From positions 124,001 to 188,000 of the forward strand of contig PS015009.1 in assembly GCA_048213135.1 (NCBI GenBank): a stretch of DNA of 64,000 bases. Direction: 5' to 3'. The first letter of the stretch is position 1. Each line of letters opens with the position of its first letter. A program made the position numbers and the translations under genes. Source of the DNA: Reclinomonas americana ATCC 50394. Taxonomy: Eukaryota. This document shows, in pieces, positions 46,890-57,500 of this stretch. The notes beneath the pieces were generated by a model, which was given only the letters and a program-made list of their open reading frames with translations, did no database searches and was not told the origin of the DNA.

Positions 46890-49800
46890 TTATACTAATG
46901 GTATCTGTATTTCAAAATGCCGATTATCTTCTTTTATAATAACGGGCAGATCGCTCAGGTATCTGTACAACGACCTGAACTGGTCCAATCCCTTCCTGTT
47001 GGATGTTTCCACTACGTTTTTCTTTTGCAGGTTATTCCTTACTACCAGGTAATCGCCGCTGATAAAAATATCTATCTGTAACGGCGAGCCGCTATCAATG
47101 ATATTGTGCTTGATGGCATTTTCTATCATATTCTGCAGGGTAACAGGGGCCATTTTATAATGCAGATAATCTTCCGGCACACTGATATTGACGAGCAAGC
47201 CTTTTTTAAAACGTGTTTGTTGCAAATTGATATACAGTTTTACAAATTCCAGTTCGTCCTTTAATGATACGGTCTCATTATCCCCGTTCTTTAAAATGTA
47301 TCGGTAGATCCCCGACATCTGTTCGAGAAAATTACCGGCTACCTGCTGATCTGTTTCTATAAGCCCCGACAACGAGGTAAGTGAATTGAACAGGAAATGC
47401 GGATTGAGTTGTTGCTTAAGGCTGTCGTACATCACTATTGTTTTCTCTTTTTCCAACTGTTGTGCCTTGGTTTGCAGCATGAGTATCTGCTTTTGCTTAT
47501 TGAGGCGGAAACGATAGAAAAAGAAGAGTGCGGCAACCAGGCATGCAGCTATGATGAGCCAAAACCACCATGCTTTGTAAAAAGGCGTACCGATAACGAT
47601 CTTAATTACCCGCTCCGGTGTTTGCCAGCTTTTATCGTTAGCCACAATTTTTACCCTGAAGCTGTATTTACCGGGTTGCAGGTTATTGTACAGGGCTGTT
47701 GCGGCGTTATTTGCAGTTACCCACTCTTTATCGAATCCATCAAGTTTGTATTCGAACCGGTAAGGAAACACAAAGGCATTGACCAGGGATCCAAAACTAA
47801 ATTCAAGGGAATTCTGATCGGGCTCAAGACGGAGTGACGTTTCACCGGAGATCAGTTTCTCGTTGCCCGAGATCATGATCTTACTTATAGCAGGGGCTGT
47901 GAGTACAGGTTTAAGGTTCATCCGATCGGGCATGAATTGAACAATATCATTCCGAAGGGTAGAAAGGATAACGCCACTGCTGTCCGTTAAAATCACATTA
48001 TTGTAATCGATCGAGTTCTCATACACCGGCAGGTTAAAATTGGTAACACTTTTTCTAGCGGGGTCAAAAACCGAAAATTTATTGGCAGCGGCTATCCATA
48101 CGCGGCCTTTTTTATCAAGTGTTACTTGTCGCACCATACTTGTTATACCACTTCCCTGGTCATACAATTTCATTTCCTGCGTGGCAATGGAATACTGGTA
48201 AAGACCTACACCGGCGCCAGCCATCCACAGGTTACCACCCGCATCGGCCAGGATCGAAGTAAGATAGCCGGCCAGTTCTTTTGGTTTATTCCTGATATAA
48301 TAATGCGTGATGACTTCATTAGCCGGAGTGATGTATGCCAGCCAGCCAAATGCCGGCACAAACCATGGCGTACCTTTTTTATCAAATGTGATCCTGCTAT
48401 AACTTACCCGCTGACCATCGGAAAAAACAGTTACCGGTGCTTTGAGGAGTACCGCTTTATCGTTGCGTTTATCCCATTTTATGTAGCCACTATCGGATGT
48501 GAACCACACTTCATCGCCATGCGCTACAAAATAAGTATAACGGAGTGCCGGTAAGCCATTGAATGTTTTTTCAAATGCTGTCATTTTCCTGCTGACCCTG
48601 TCGATGCGCCATACGCCGGTATGGGTACAGGCGTAGGGTTGTCCATCAATAAAATTTATACTGGATACGGGACCAGGTAATTGCCCGCTGCTATTTTTTG
48701 CAGCTTTCGAAAGATCAAAGAAACGGTAACTGCCTGTGTTAGGATTGTACTGCATCACATTGGCATTTTCTTCTGAGGACAGCCACCAGGTCTTATCTAT
48801 CGGGTCTACAGTAAAGGCATCGAGTTTACTGTTATTGAACTCCGGCACTGATGATGTCACCGGCACGATACTGTATACGCTTTTCATATAATTGCACCTG
48901 GCAATACCGCCTGCTGTTGCCAACCATATATTCTTATCCGCATCTTCCCAGGCATCCCAAAAACCGTCTCCCGCAATCGACAATGGATTATCATTTTTAT
49001 ATGCGATGGGGGTGATGACATTTTTCCTGTAATCAATAACTGCCATTTTCCCGTTCCAGGCACTGAACCAGAGCATGTGGTTACTATCTTCAAAAAGTGT
49101 CTGGCCGATCGCACCGGGGATAGCTGCATCAACGTTGATCCTGTATAGTATTGTATGTGTTCCCGGATCAAAGGAAATGATATCCTTTGTGCGGTTATCA
49201 AAGAACCAATAATTGCCCGAAGCAGATACAGACAATGCCGCTACGCCATGATCGGTAAATAAAGTATCAGCAGGTTTATCCGGGTAACCATAGAATTTGC
49301 CTTCAATAGTATTATAGAAACGTATGCCTTTACGTGTAGCAAGCCATAACCCTTTACCCGAAGGATCTTCACGCAACCCATTTTGACGGACAGTAAAAGG
49401 CCCCTCCTTATCGTTGGCAACCGCAGGCGATGGAATGGCTTCGAATATATTTTTTTCCCGGTTTAATTTAAGCAGGTTCAGCGCTGACGTAGCCCAAATT
49501 TGCCCTTTTGCATCACAGATGATGTTATTGATCTGCCTTTCAAAATCCAGTGTTGGCGGAATATAATTTACCAGGCGATCCTGCCCGACCCGGTAACAAA
49601 AGATACCACTTGCCGCACAGCCCCATATATTCCCTTCTTTGTCTTCACAAAGGTCGATAATCTGGCTGTTCACGAAAGCTGTGTTACCGATCCCCGATTT
49701 AAAATTGTAAAAATGGTTACCGTCATACCGGCTAAGTCCATTACCGGTACCCACCCAGATCATGTTCCTGCTGTCTTTTAATATACTGTAACAAAAATTG

Positions 49801-49907
49801 GCACTCAGCCCCTGGCGCTCAGTTACATTATGAAAAATAAAATTGAGCGATTGGGAAAAGCCATTCAGCGATAACAACGTAAATAATATAACCAGGCGTG
49901 TTTTCAA
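46890..49907 (-). CDS. LytS-type histidine kinase with periplasmic beta-propeller and Y_Y_Y domain
   Basis: Reg_prop repeats (IWVGT.NGL, ED..GNIW), YKLDGFDKEW, one TM helix, QLNPHFLFNSL, ENAIKH. Confidence 0.93.
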   Translation of the reverse strand: MKTRLVILFTLLSLNGFSQSLNFIFHNVTERQGLSANFCYSILKDSRNMIWVGTGNGLSRYDGNHFYNFKSGIGNTAFVNSQIIDLCEDKEGNIWGCAASGIFCYRVGQDRLVNYIPPTLDFERQINNIICDAKGQIWATSALNLLKLNREKNIFEAIPSPAVANDKEGPFTVRQNGLREDPSGKGLWLATRKGIRFYNTIEGKFYGYPDKPADTLFTDHGVAALSVSASGNYWFFDNRTKDIISFDPGTHTILYRINVDAAIPGAIGQTLFEDSNHMLWFSAWNGKMAVIDYRKNVITPIAYKNDNPLSIAGDGFWDAWEDADKNIWLATAGGIARCNYMKSVYSIVPVTSSVPEFNNSKLDAFTVDPIDKTWWLSSEENANVMQYNPNTGSYRFFDLSKAAKNSSGQLPGPVSSINFIDGQPYACTHTGVWRIDRVSRKMTAFEKTFNGLPALRYTYFVAHGDEVWFTSDSGYIKWDKRNDKAVLLKAPVTVFSDGQRVSYSRITFDKKGTPWFVPAFGWLAYITPANEVITHYYIRNKPKELAGYLTSILADAGGNLWMAGAGVGLYQYSIATQEMKLYDQGSGITSMVRQVTLDKKGRVWIAAANKFSVFDPARKSVTNFNLPVYENSIDYNNVILTDSSGVILSTLRNDIVQFMPDRMNLKPVLTAPAISKIMISGNEKLISGETSLRLEPDQNSLEFSFGSLVNAFVFPYRFEYKLDGFDKEWVTANNAATALYNNLQPGKYSFRVKIVANDKSWQTPERVIKIVIGTPFYKAWWFWLIIAACLVAALFFFYRFRLNKQKQILMLQTKAQQLEKEKTIVMYDSLKQQLNPHFLFNSLTSLSGLIETDQQVAGNFLEQMSGIYRYILKNGDNETVSLKDELEFVKLYINLQQTRFKKGLLVNISVPEDYLHYKMAPVTLQNMIENAIKHNIIDSGSPLQIDIFISGDYLVVRNNLQKKNVVETSNRKGLDQFRSLYRYLSDLPVIIKEDNRHFEIQIPLV

Positions 49908-50096
49908 ACAATTGATCTTTCAGTTACAGCAAGCTATAAAAAAGCCCTCTCAATAGCAAGTTTAGCCGGTGAATATGATTAGAAATGAATTGAGGTGTAT
50001 CAAAACCCAAACGAAGTGTAGTCAACTGTACCTGACCCTATATTACACCAAACCCAATACCGGACTGGCTTTACTGGAATTACAGATCGTTTTCTG

Positions 50097-50188
50097 CCAA
50101 TTCAATTTACGGCAAAGGCATTTCAATTATTCTTTTCAGCATATCGGTTGCATAAATTTTAAACGGCCGGGACACGCATCTACTTTTG
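50097..50188 (+). promoter_or_regulatory. Putative LytTR site (three repeats) and -7 box
   Basis: CCAATTC / GCATTTC / GCATATC at 50097, 50118 and 50139; TACTTTTG at 50181. Confidence 0.6.
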
Positions 50189-50235
50189 GTACATCAAAAT
50201 AAACGCAGGCATCAACTCACTCCAAAATAAAAAAA

Positions 50236-50715
50236 ATGAAAAATAAAAAATTTACACTTAGTGTGCTGCTGTTAAGCTTTGGACTTAGCCTGCAGGCACA
50301 GGAGGTTACGACTGCTACCGGCGGCAATGCTACAGGCAGTACCGGCAATGTTTCTTACACGGTCGGCCAAATCGGCTATACGGTGAATTCAGGTAGTAGC
50401 GGCACTGTAACAGAAGGCGTGCAGCAACCCTATGAGCTTTTTGTGGTTGCAGGCACCGGCAATCCCAATGTCACTGCAGAAATGGCTGTTTATCCAAACC
50501 CCACTACCGGCATGATCATACTCAGTATCAAAAACCAGCCTCTTGCCGGGTTTAGCTTTCAACTATTCGATGGGATGGGAAGAATCGTTGAGCAAAGAAA
50601 GATCACATCCGTTACTGAGATCATCCGCATGCAAAGCTTGCCCGCTTCTGCTTACTTTTTAAAAGTTACCCAGCTTGACCAAATAATCAAAACGTTCAAA
50701 ATCATCAAAAACTAA
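50236..50715 (+). CDS. Small T9SS type A sorting-domain protein (partner of downstream fibre)
   Basis: Signal peptide, GG...VSYTVGQ...TEGVQQP segment, CTD VYPNP...YFLKV...KTFKIIKN. Confidence 0.88.
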   Translation: MKNKKFTLSVLLLSFGLSLQAQEVTTATGGNATGSTGNVSYTVGQIGYTVNSGSSGTVTEGVQQPYELFVVAGTGNPNVTAEMAVYPNPTTGMIILSIKNQPLAGFSFQLFDGMGRIVEQRKITSVTEIIRMQSLPASAYFLKVTQLDQIIKTFKIIKN

Positions 50716-50720
50716 CTAAC

Positions 50721-52286
50721 ATGAAAAATTTAAACAAATTTCTCGTTGCCGTTCTATTAATGGCAGCTGCCTGCAGCACTCAATACGCGAATGCACAGGC
50801 TCCCCAAAAAATGAGTTACCAGGCAGTAATCCGCAACAGCAGCAGTGCGCTGGTCAAATCCTCTGCTGTTGGTATGCGCATCAGTGTACTGCAGGGTACT
50901 GCTTCAGGTACGGTTGTATACGCCGAAACACAAAAGCCTGCCACCAATATCAACGGCCTGGTAAGTATAGAAATTGGCAGCGGCACTGTTATCACCGGAA
51001 CATTTGCAGGTATCAACTGGGGTGCCGGTCCGTACTTTATTAAAACAGAAACCGATCCTGCAGGAGGAACCAATTACAGCATTACAGGCACCAGCCAATT
51101 GATGAGTGTACCTTACGCATTATTTGCAGCAAATAGCCCGGCCGGCCCCATGGGTCCGCAGGGTCCTGCCGGAGCTACCGGTGCCCAGGGGCCAGCAGGT
51201 ATACAGGGACCGGCAGGTGCAACAGGCGCCACAGGTGCAACGGGGAATCAGGGACCGGCGGGGCCACAGGGTGTTCCCGGCCAAGGTGGTGTAACTACTG
51301 CTGGCAATAATATAACGATCACGGGTAGCGGAACGATTGCCAGCCCATACGTGATCAATGCAACAGGTGGCGGCGGAGCAAACTTCACCCTTCCTTATGC
51401 CGGAACGCAAACATCAACCAGTCCTCTTTTCAGCATTACGAACAATACCAGTACCGCCATTGAAGGACAATCGGCCAATGGTACGGGTATATCAGCCAAA
51501 TCGAATACGGGTTATGGTGTATATGCAATTTCTGAAAATGCTGACGGCATTTATGGCGTATCAAACAAGCCGGTGAATGGCGTTGGTGTAAAGGGTGCTT
51601 CCAATACTGCAACAGGCATTGGTGTGTACGGAAGCTCAAATGGAGGTGATGGCGTTAGAGGTTATTCTACAAGCGGTAAAGCGGTATTTGGAAGCGCATT
51701 GACGGGAACTGCTTTGTATGGCTACAGCTATGACGGTTACGGACTTGAAGTAGATGGCAAAGTAAAGATTAGCGGAGCCAATACAACACCCGGCATGGGC
51801 AAGGTACTTACAAGCGATGCCAATGGTAACGCGACCTGGGAAGGAGGAGTAGCTTTTGCTGCCAGTGGTACTAAAAGCGACTGGACATTAATTGGCGCAA
51901 ATGGCAAATGGGTGCAGCACTGGGCTGGCGTGGAGTATGACCTGGGTAATAATTTTGATTTGAACAGCAATACATTTACTGCACCTGTAAGTGGCATCTA
52001 TCATTTTGATGCGCAGGTATGGGTCGGATTACAGGAAGAGGACACCCGGGAATTTGAGATCAGTTTACGCAGAACGAGGAGTGGAAATACCGTTGACCTG
52101 AAACGATCTTTTGTGGTTGGTGGTGTAATAAATGACGCTTACTCTGTTGGCTTTTCTACAGATGTAAAACTGAATGCCGGGGATAAGATCGACCTGTACC
52201 TAACGAACGGCTATAACGATCAGGTTCATATAGATGGCAGAACAACAGGTTGCTGGTTTTCGGGAAGGCTTGTGGTAAGGCAATAA
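50721..52286 (+). CDS. Collagen-like / C1q-domain fibre protein
   Basis: Signal peptide, YQAVIRN...SVPYAL domain, 16 Gly-X-Y triplets, G(V/I)YGxS beta repeats, C1q-like FTAPVSGIYHF...FSG. Confidence 0.85.
   Translation: MKNLNKFLVAVLLMAAACSTQYANAQAPQKMSYQAVIRNSSSALVKSSAVGMRISVLQGTASGTVVYAETQKPATNINGLVSIEIGSGTVITGTFAGINWGAGPYFIKTETDPAGGTNYSITGTSQLMSVPYALFAANSPAGPMGPQGPAGATGAQGPAGIQGPAGATGATGATGNQGPAGPQGVPGQGGVTTAGNNITITGSGTIASPYVINATGGGGANFTLPYAGTQTSTSPLFSITNNTSTAIEGQSANGTGISAKSNTGYGVYAISENADGIYGVSNKPVNGVGVKGASNTATGIGVYGSSNGGDGVRGYSTSGKAVFGSALTGTALYGYSYDGYGLEVDGKVKISGANTTPGMGKVLTSDANGNATWEGGVAFAASGTKSDWTLIGANGKWVQHWAGVEYDLGNNFDLNSNTFTAPVSGIYHFDAQVWVGLQEEDTREFEISLRRTRSGNTVDLKRSFVVGGVINDAYSVGFSTDVKLNAGDKIDLYLTNGYNDQVHIDGRTTGCWFSGRLVVRQ
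51144..51287 (+). repeat. Collagen Gly-X-Y tract (16 triplets)
   Basis: GPMGPQGPAGATGAQGPAGIQGPAGATGATGATGNQGPAGPQGVPGQG. Confidence 0.9.
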
Positions 52287-52306
52287 ACTATACCTGGTTT
52301 TGATGT

Positions 52307-52332
52307 AATACCGGCCATGTGCCGGTATTTTT
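52307..52332 (+). terminator. Intrinsic terminator
   Basis: AATACCGGC-CATGT-GCCGGTATTTTT. Confidence 0.8.
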
Positions 52333-52360
52333 GTATGAGATATAGCTGCTTAATATTCCT

Positions 52361-52981
52361 TTACAATTTAACGGAGAATAATGTTTGGCAGATAATCATC
52401 GCCGCCTGCTCTGTCCCTTTCGGCGAGGGGTGAAAAAAGTCTGGTCCGTACCAGGAAAGGTCCTTTGCATCCACCCGTTTTTTCCATGCTTCCCCAACAG
52501 CGCATAATAAAGCACCTGTAACAGTAGCGGCTTCCCGGTAATTTTTGATCACGCCATCGAATGTGTTTATATTGATCAGCGCGGGCCAGACCATAAAAAA
52601 AGCAAGCTGTGTTTTCTTCTTTTCACATATCGCTTTTATCCGGGCACCGTAATCAAGCAGTATTGCTCTTCCGTCCTGCTGCGAGGAAGGCCCCTGCTGA
52701 ACGACCACGAAATCATAGCTGCTGTCTTCAATAAACTGCTGTATTTTCCCGTCATTCCAGTAATCTTCCAGCGCATAGTCGGGGTAAGCGACCATATCCG
52801 CTTTGATCTTTATTCCCTTTTCTTTTCCAATCCGGACTACCTGTTGAGGCAGGTCATTATAATAGGTAAGGCTGTTGCCGATGAACAGTATTTTCCGTGT
52901 TGAGTCACCCGTACCCGCAGCCCGGCCGGGCAGAGCAAAGCAGAGGGTAAGCAGGCAACAAAGTGTAACAGCGATCTTCAT
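52361..52981 (-). CDS. SGNH/GDSL-like hydrolase
   Basis: ILFIGNSLT block I and D..HPS block V; start re-assigned to MKIAVT (signal peptide). Confidence 0.85.
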   Translation of the reverse strand: MKIAVTLCCLLTLCFALPGRAAGTGDSTRKILFIGNSLTYYNDLPQQVVRIGKEKGIKIKADMVAYPDYALEDYWNDGKIQQFIEDSSYDFVVVQQGPSSQQDGRAILLDYGARIKAICEKKKTQLAFFMVWPALININTFDGVIKNYREAATVTGALLCAVGEAWKKRVDAKDLSWYGPDFFHPSPKGTEQAAMIICQTLFSVKL

Positions 52982-53220
52982 AACAGTCCTTACGTTTGAT
53001 CCGTAAGGGAAGATACTTTTTCCCTTTTTAAGCTGCGCCGGTTTTATATGAATGGCGAAAGCCAAAATAAAAAATACGACTCATTGCTATTGGCTGTTCT
53101 GCGATGTCCCTAAAACAGTATTCCATATTAGATCAATAAGGTTTCACGCAAAGTCCGCAAAGAAGCAAGAATGTTAAGGCTTGAGCTCTTAATCGTAAAC
53201 AGTTCCATTCTATTCGATAT

Positions 53221-53262
53221 AAAAGGGAAAGCGGCCTGCACAAGGCAGACCGCTTTCCCTTT
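53221..53262 (-). terminator. Intrinsic terminator of fibre/T9SS operon
   Basis: AAAAGGGAAAGCGG...CCGCTTTCCCTTTT. Confidence 0.85.
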
Positions 53263-53276
53263 TATTTTTAAACTTC

Positions 53277-54533
53277 CTAATTGACCTTGATCACTTTCAG
53301 CGTTTGTTCTCTCTTCTCCTGTATTACATTGACGAGATAGGTTCCGATGAACAATTTTTCACCAAGCCGGATAACGCTGTTGGGCGCAATACCGGTCTGA
53401 ACGAACAGTATTCTTCCATACACATCCGCAATACGAACGGTCACCGGTGCTTTGCTGTTGCTTGTCACCGACAGGTTGAAGTAATCCCGTGCAGGATTGG
53501 GCATCACCGTCGCCCTGAAATTGTCTTCCGCCGCCTCCTCCGCAACCGGTTCTGTTTCCGATCTGCCAACATACAATGGCTGCGATACATTGCAGGGCTG
53601 CTCATCGCAGCGGCCAAGCCTGTCGTTACTGTGACCGGGCACATGCGCCGAAACCGCGTTGGTATTCACCTGTTGTGTATTGTTGTTGTGGCAGATGTAT
53701 ACCTTCTTGCCACCGGTTCCCGGCACGCGAATATCGAGTACACAGATGGTTACCGTACAGGTGGTGGTACAACCGCTGGCATTGGTAACGGTAACAGTGA
53801 AAGTATATACACCTTCCGTTGAAGGCGCAAATACAGGCGCTGCACAATTGTTGCAATTCAGCGAACCATTACCGGTCCAGTTGTAACTGAACGGCGCTCC
53901 GCCAGATGCACTAACGTTTAAGAATACCCGCTGCGGACCATATCCCAGGTAAATGTTGGAAGCCACACCACCGGTGTAGGTATTATTCTCCGGCACTACC
54001 GTTATACCACAGGATGGTTTCGCCCATACCGAAAGATTGCTGCCATTATCCGGTCCGCGGAACAGGGGCAGCGAACTGCGCACCCTTATGCGGTAGCCCG
54101 TGCCTGCAGGTGTACTGACAGGAATGGTACAGGAAATGGTGCCATTGTTGCGTCCCGTAAGTGTACCTACAGTTACCGGGCTGGCGAAACTGCCCGATGC
54201 ATTGGATAATTCCGCGGTAAAAATATTACTGGTGCTGATAATACCCGATTGCGTATACGGCACCTGCAGTACCGAACCCGGGCAAATTCCCGAAGGGCCG
54301 ATCGCTCCTGTCCATACCTGCAATTCGGGTTGTTCAAAATTTTGGGTAAGGATATAGCCACCTGAACTGAATGTTGACGCGGCTACTCCACCGGTGGTCC
54401 AGCTCAGCTGCATACCACCAGCAGCATAATGAGCTCCCTGCGGGGTAATGACCGAAGGACTTATGGTTTGTGCAGCACTGCTTTTTGCTATCAGCAGCAG
54501 GAAGAGCAGTCTGCTTATTTTTTTTGTTATCAT
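53277..54533 (-). CDS. T9SS type A sorting-domain protein with Ig-like and Cys-rich domains (partner of upstream fibre)
   Basis: Signal peptide, LSWTTG...TQNFEQP segment, GTGYRIRV Ig-like domain, KVYICH...LGRC, CTD MPNPA...LKVIK. Confidence 0.88.
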   Translation of the reverse strand: MITKKISRLLFLLLIAKSSAAQTISPSVITPQGAHYAAGGMQLSWTTGGVAASTFSSGGYILTQNFEQPELQVWTGAIGPSGICPGSVLQVPYTQSGIISTSNIFTAELSNASGSFASPVTVGTLTGRNNGTISCTIPVSTPAGTGYRIRVRSSLPLFRGPDNGSNLSVWAKPSCGITVVPENNTYTGGVASNIYLGYGPQRVFLNVSASGGAPFSYNWTGNGSLNCNNCAAPVFAPSTEGVYTFTVTVTNASGCTTTCTVTICVLDIRVPGTGGKKVYICHNNNTQQVNTNAVSAHVPGHSNDRLGRCDEQPCNVSQPLYVGRSETEPVAEEAAEDNFRATVMPNPARDYFNLSVTSNSKAPVTVRIADVYGRILFVQTGIAPNSVIRLGEKLFIGTYLVNVIQEKREQTLKVIKVN

Positions 54534-54577
54534 TTCATTTCGCTTTAAAAATCATGAATGGTTGTTGTTATCCTGAT

Positions 54578-57500
54578 CTATAAAGGATTTGAATATACCA
54601 GGTGAGCGCTGAAGCCGCTTTCGTATTTCAATATGTTTACGGCGCTGCTGGAATAAGCTTCTATCCAGATAGGGCCTGGTGTTATGTTGGTATTGTACGT
54701 TGTTGATAAAGTGATCACGCCCGAACCTGCGGCAGGAATACTTTGCACGCCTTTGATAATGTGACCAGCGGGGAAACGCAATGCGATGTCAACGATCTCT
54801 CCCGGTGTTCCCTGGTAGTTCACCGTAACATTTACCTGGTAAACACCCGGCACCGGCGGGGTGAACCTGTTGGTGGCCGTACTGTAACCGCCGCCGTCGT
54901 TAAAGTGTGCATACCCCGGACCAAAAGCAACGGTTTGAACTGTTGCTGCCGGGATAGCCTGGGATGCCACTACATCATTACCCGCGAAGAAAGCCACATG
55001 AGGTGTGCCGCCGCCTGTTCCGCCGGAAGCCGGTTGCCAGCTGGCATTGCCATTCGCATCGGAGGTCAATACTTTACCCGATCCCTGTGTACCGTCAACG
55101 ATCCTTACATTGCCCCGTACATCCAGCTTAGCCGACGGGTTTTGTGTACCGATACCGACATTGCCATTGTGCTTGATGATGAGGTTGGTGCGGGGAATAG
55201 TTTCGCCGTAGCGGGCTGTTGCAAAATAGATAGAGCCGGGGTTGCCTGCATCCACCAGTGTATCGGCACGGAAAAATATAGATGCCGCACGGGAACTGCC
55301 CTGAGAATATCCCGCAGCAGTATAGTAATTACCGTCGAGGCGGCCGAAAACACTTCCTTCCGCAATGGGTTCCGGTGCAGCGAGTGTACCGCCCTGCTGC
55401 GCCCAGGTAATGGCGGGAATACCACCGCCCGCTACCAGTTGCTGTATATCGCTGTTCTCACCGGTCTCATCGCGTATATCGAGTTTCGCATAGGGATTGT
55501 ATCCGTTTACACCCGGCGTAGTAGTACCGATGCCTACTTTACCATTGTGTTTGATGATCATACGGGTAAGGCTGCGCACACTATCGGTACCGGTTGTACG
55601 AAATTGTATGGAAGCCGGGAAAGAAGTGGCGGATATGGTATCGGCCACATAGTACATGGCAGCGCCTACGCTGTATCCTGAACCGTTGAAATAGTTGCCT
55701 TGTATACCACCGATAAATGTATTCTTCACCACGGCTTCGGGTGCGGCGAGTGTGCCCAGTTGCTTGGTCCACACCAATGCAGGAAAACCAACACCCGCTA
55801 CTGTTTGACCAATATCACTGTTGCTGCCATCCTCATCCCAGATATCAATTTTGGCTGTAGGCGCATTACCCGATCCCGGTGCCGTTGTTCCCAGCCCTAT
55901 TTTCACACCATCACTGAAGAGAGCGTTATCGGCCAGCCAGGAGGTACCATCCCAGCGAAGTGTGTTGCCTGCCAGCGTGCCGTTGGGTACATTACCCCCG
56001 GGAAGCGTCGCCCATGAACCCACACCATTGGCATCGGAAGTAAATACTTTTCCAGCACCTTGGGTGCCGTCAGTGATCTTCGCTTTACCTATGATATCCA
56101 ATTTAGCCTCGGGGTTATTCGTACCAATGCCGACGTTGCCATTGTGTTTGATGATCATGCGGGTGAGGTTACGCGTGCTATCGGTACCGGTTGTACGAAA
56201 TTGTATAGAGGCCGGGAAAGAAGTAGCCGATGTGGTATCAGCGATATAATACATGGCAGCGCCTACGTTGTAACCCGCTCCATTATAATAGTTGCCCTGT
56301 ATGCCGCCCACAAAGGTATTTTTTACCAGTGCCTGCGGAGCGGCGAGTGTACCCAGTTGCTTGGTCCATACCAATGCAGGGAAGCCTGATCCGGCTACAG
56401 TCTGACCGATATCGCTGTTACTGCCGTCTTCATCCCATATATCAATTTTAGCGGTTGGTGCATTACCCGATCCCGGTGCTGTTGTACCTAATCCCACTTT
56501 CACGCCATCGCTGAAGATGGCATTATCCGCCAGCCAGGAAGCCCCGCTCCAGCGAAGCGTATTACCAGCCAGTGTACCATTGGGTACATTGCCCGGAGGT
56601 AAGGCCTGCCATGAACCTGTTCCGGTAGCGTCGGAAGTGAATACCCTGCCAACAGCTTCTGTACCATCCTGTATTTTCACATTACCCCTTATATCCAGCT
56701 TAGCGAGCGGAGAAGTGGTGCCAATACCAATATTGCCATTGTGTTTAATGGTCATCCGCGTGGTGTTGGTATTGTTGCCGAATGGCGTAGTGCGGAATTG
56801 TATGGAAGCCGGATGCCAGTTGCCGACCGTTGTATCGGCCACATAATACATGGCGGCTCCGGTGCGGTAATCTATCCCGTTGTAATAATTGCCCTGCACA
56901 CCACCCAGGAAAGTACCGTTGGTGACTGCGGCGGGAGCAGCGAGTGTTCCCAATTGTTTGTTCCACAACAGGGCCGGGAAGCCAGCACCTGCAACGGTTT
57001 GACTGATGTCGCTGTTGTTGCCATCCTCGTCCCTGATATCCAGTTTGGCTGAAGGGCTCGCTCCACTGCCGGGAACCGTAGTACCCAGGCCAATCTTCAG
57101 CCCGTCGTTATAAATACCGTTATCCGCTATCCATTGGCTGCCATTCCAGCGCAATGTATTGCCCGCCATGGTACCGTTGGGCACATTGGCCCCGGATGCG
57201 GATCCCGCGAATAACGCGTAAGGTACGCTCAGCAGTTGCGATGTACCCATATTGATAAAACTGTTGCCGCCTGCAGGATCCAGCTCCACTTTCAGGTATT
57301 TGGCATTCACACCCCAGTTGATCGAAGGAAAAGCGCCGTTAAGGATAGTGCCTTGTCCAATGTTGACCGTAAACAGGCCAAACTGGTTGGTGGTTACCGT
57401 ATGACGTTCGCGGTAAGCGATGGGGCCACCGGCCGATCCGTCGAGTATACTGAGCCGTATGGAAATATTCTGGTTGGCGACCAGGTTACCGGCAGCGTTT

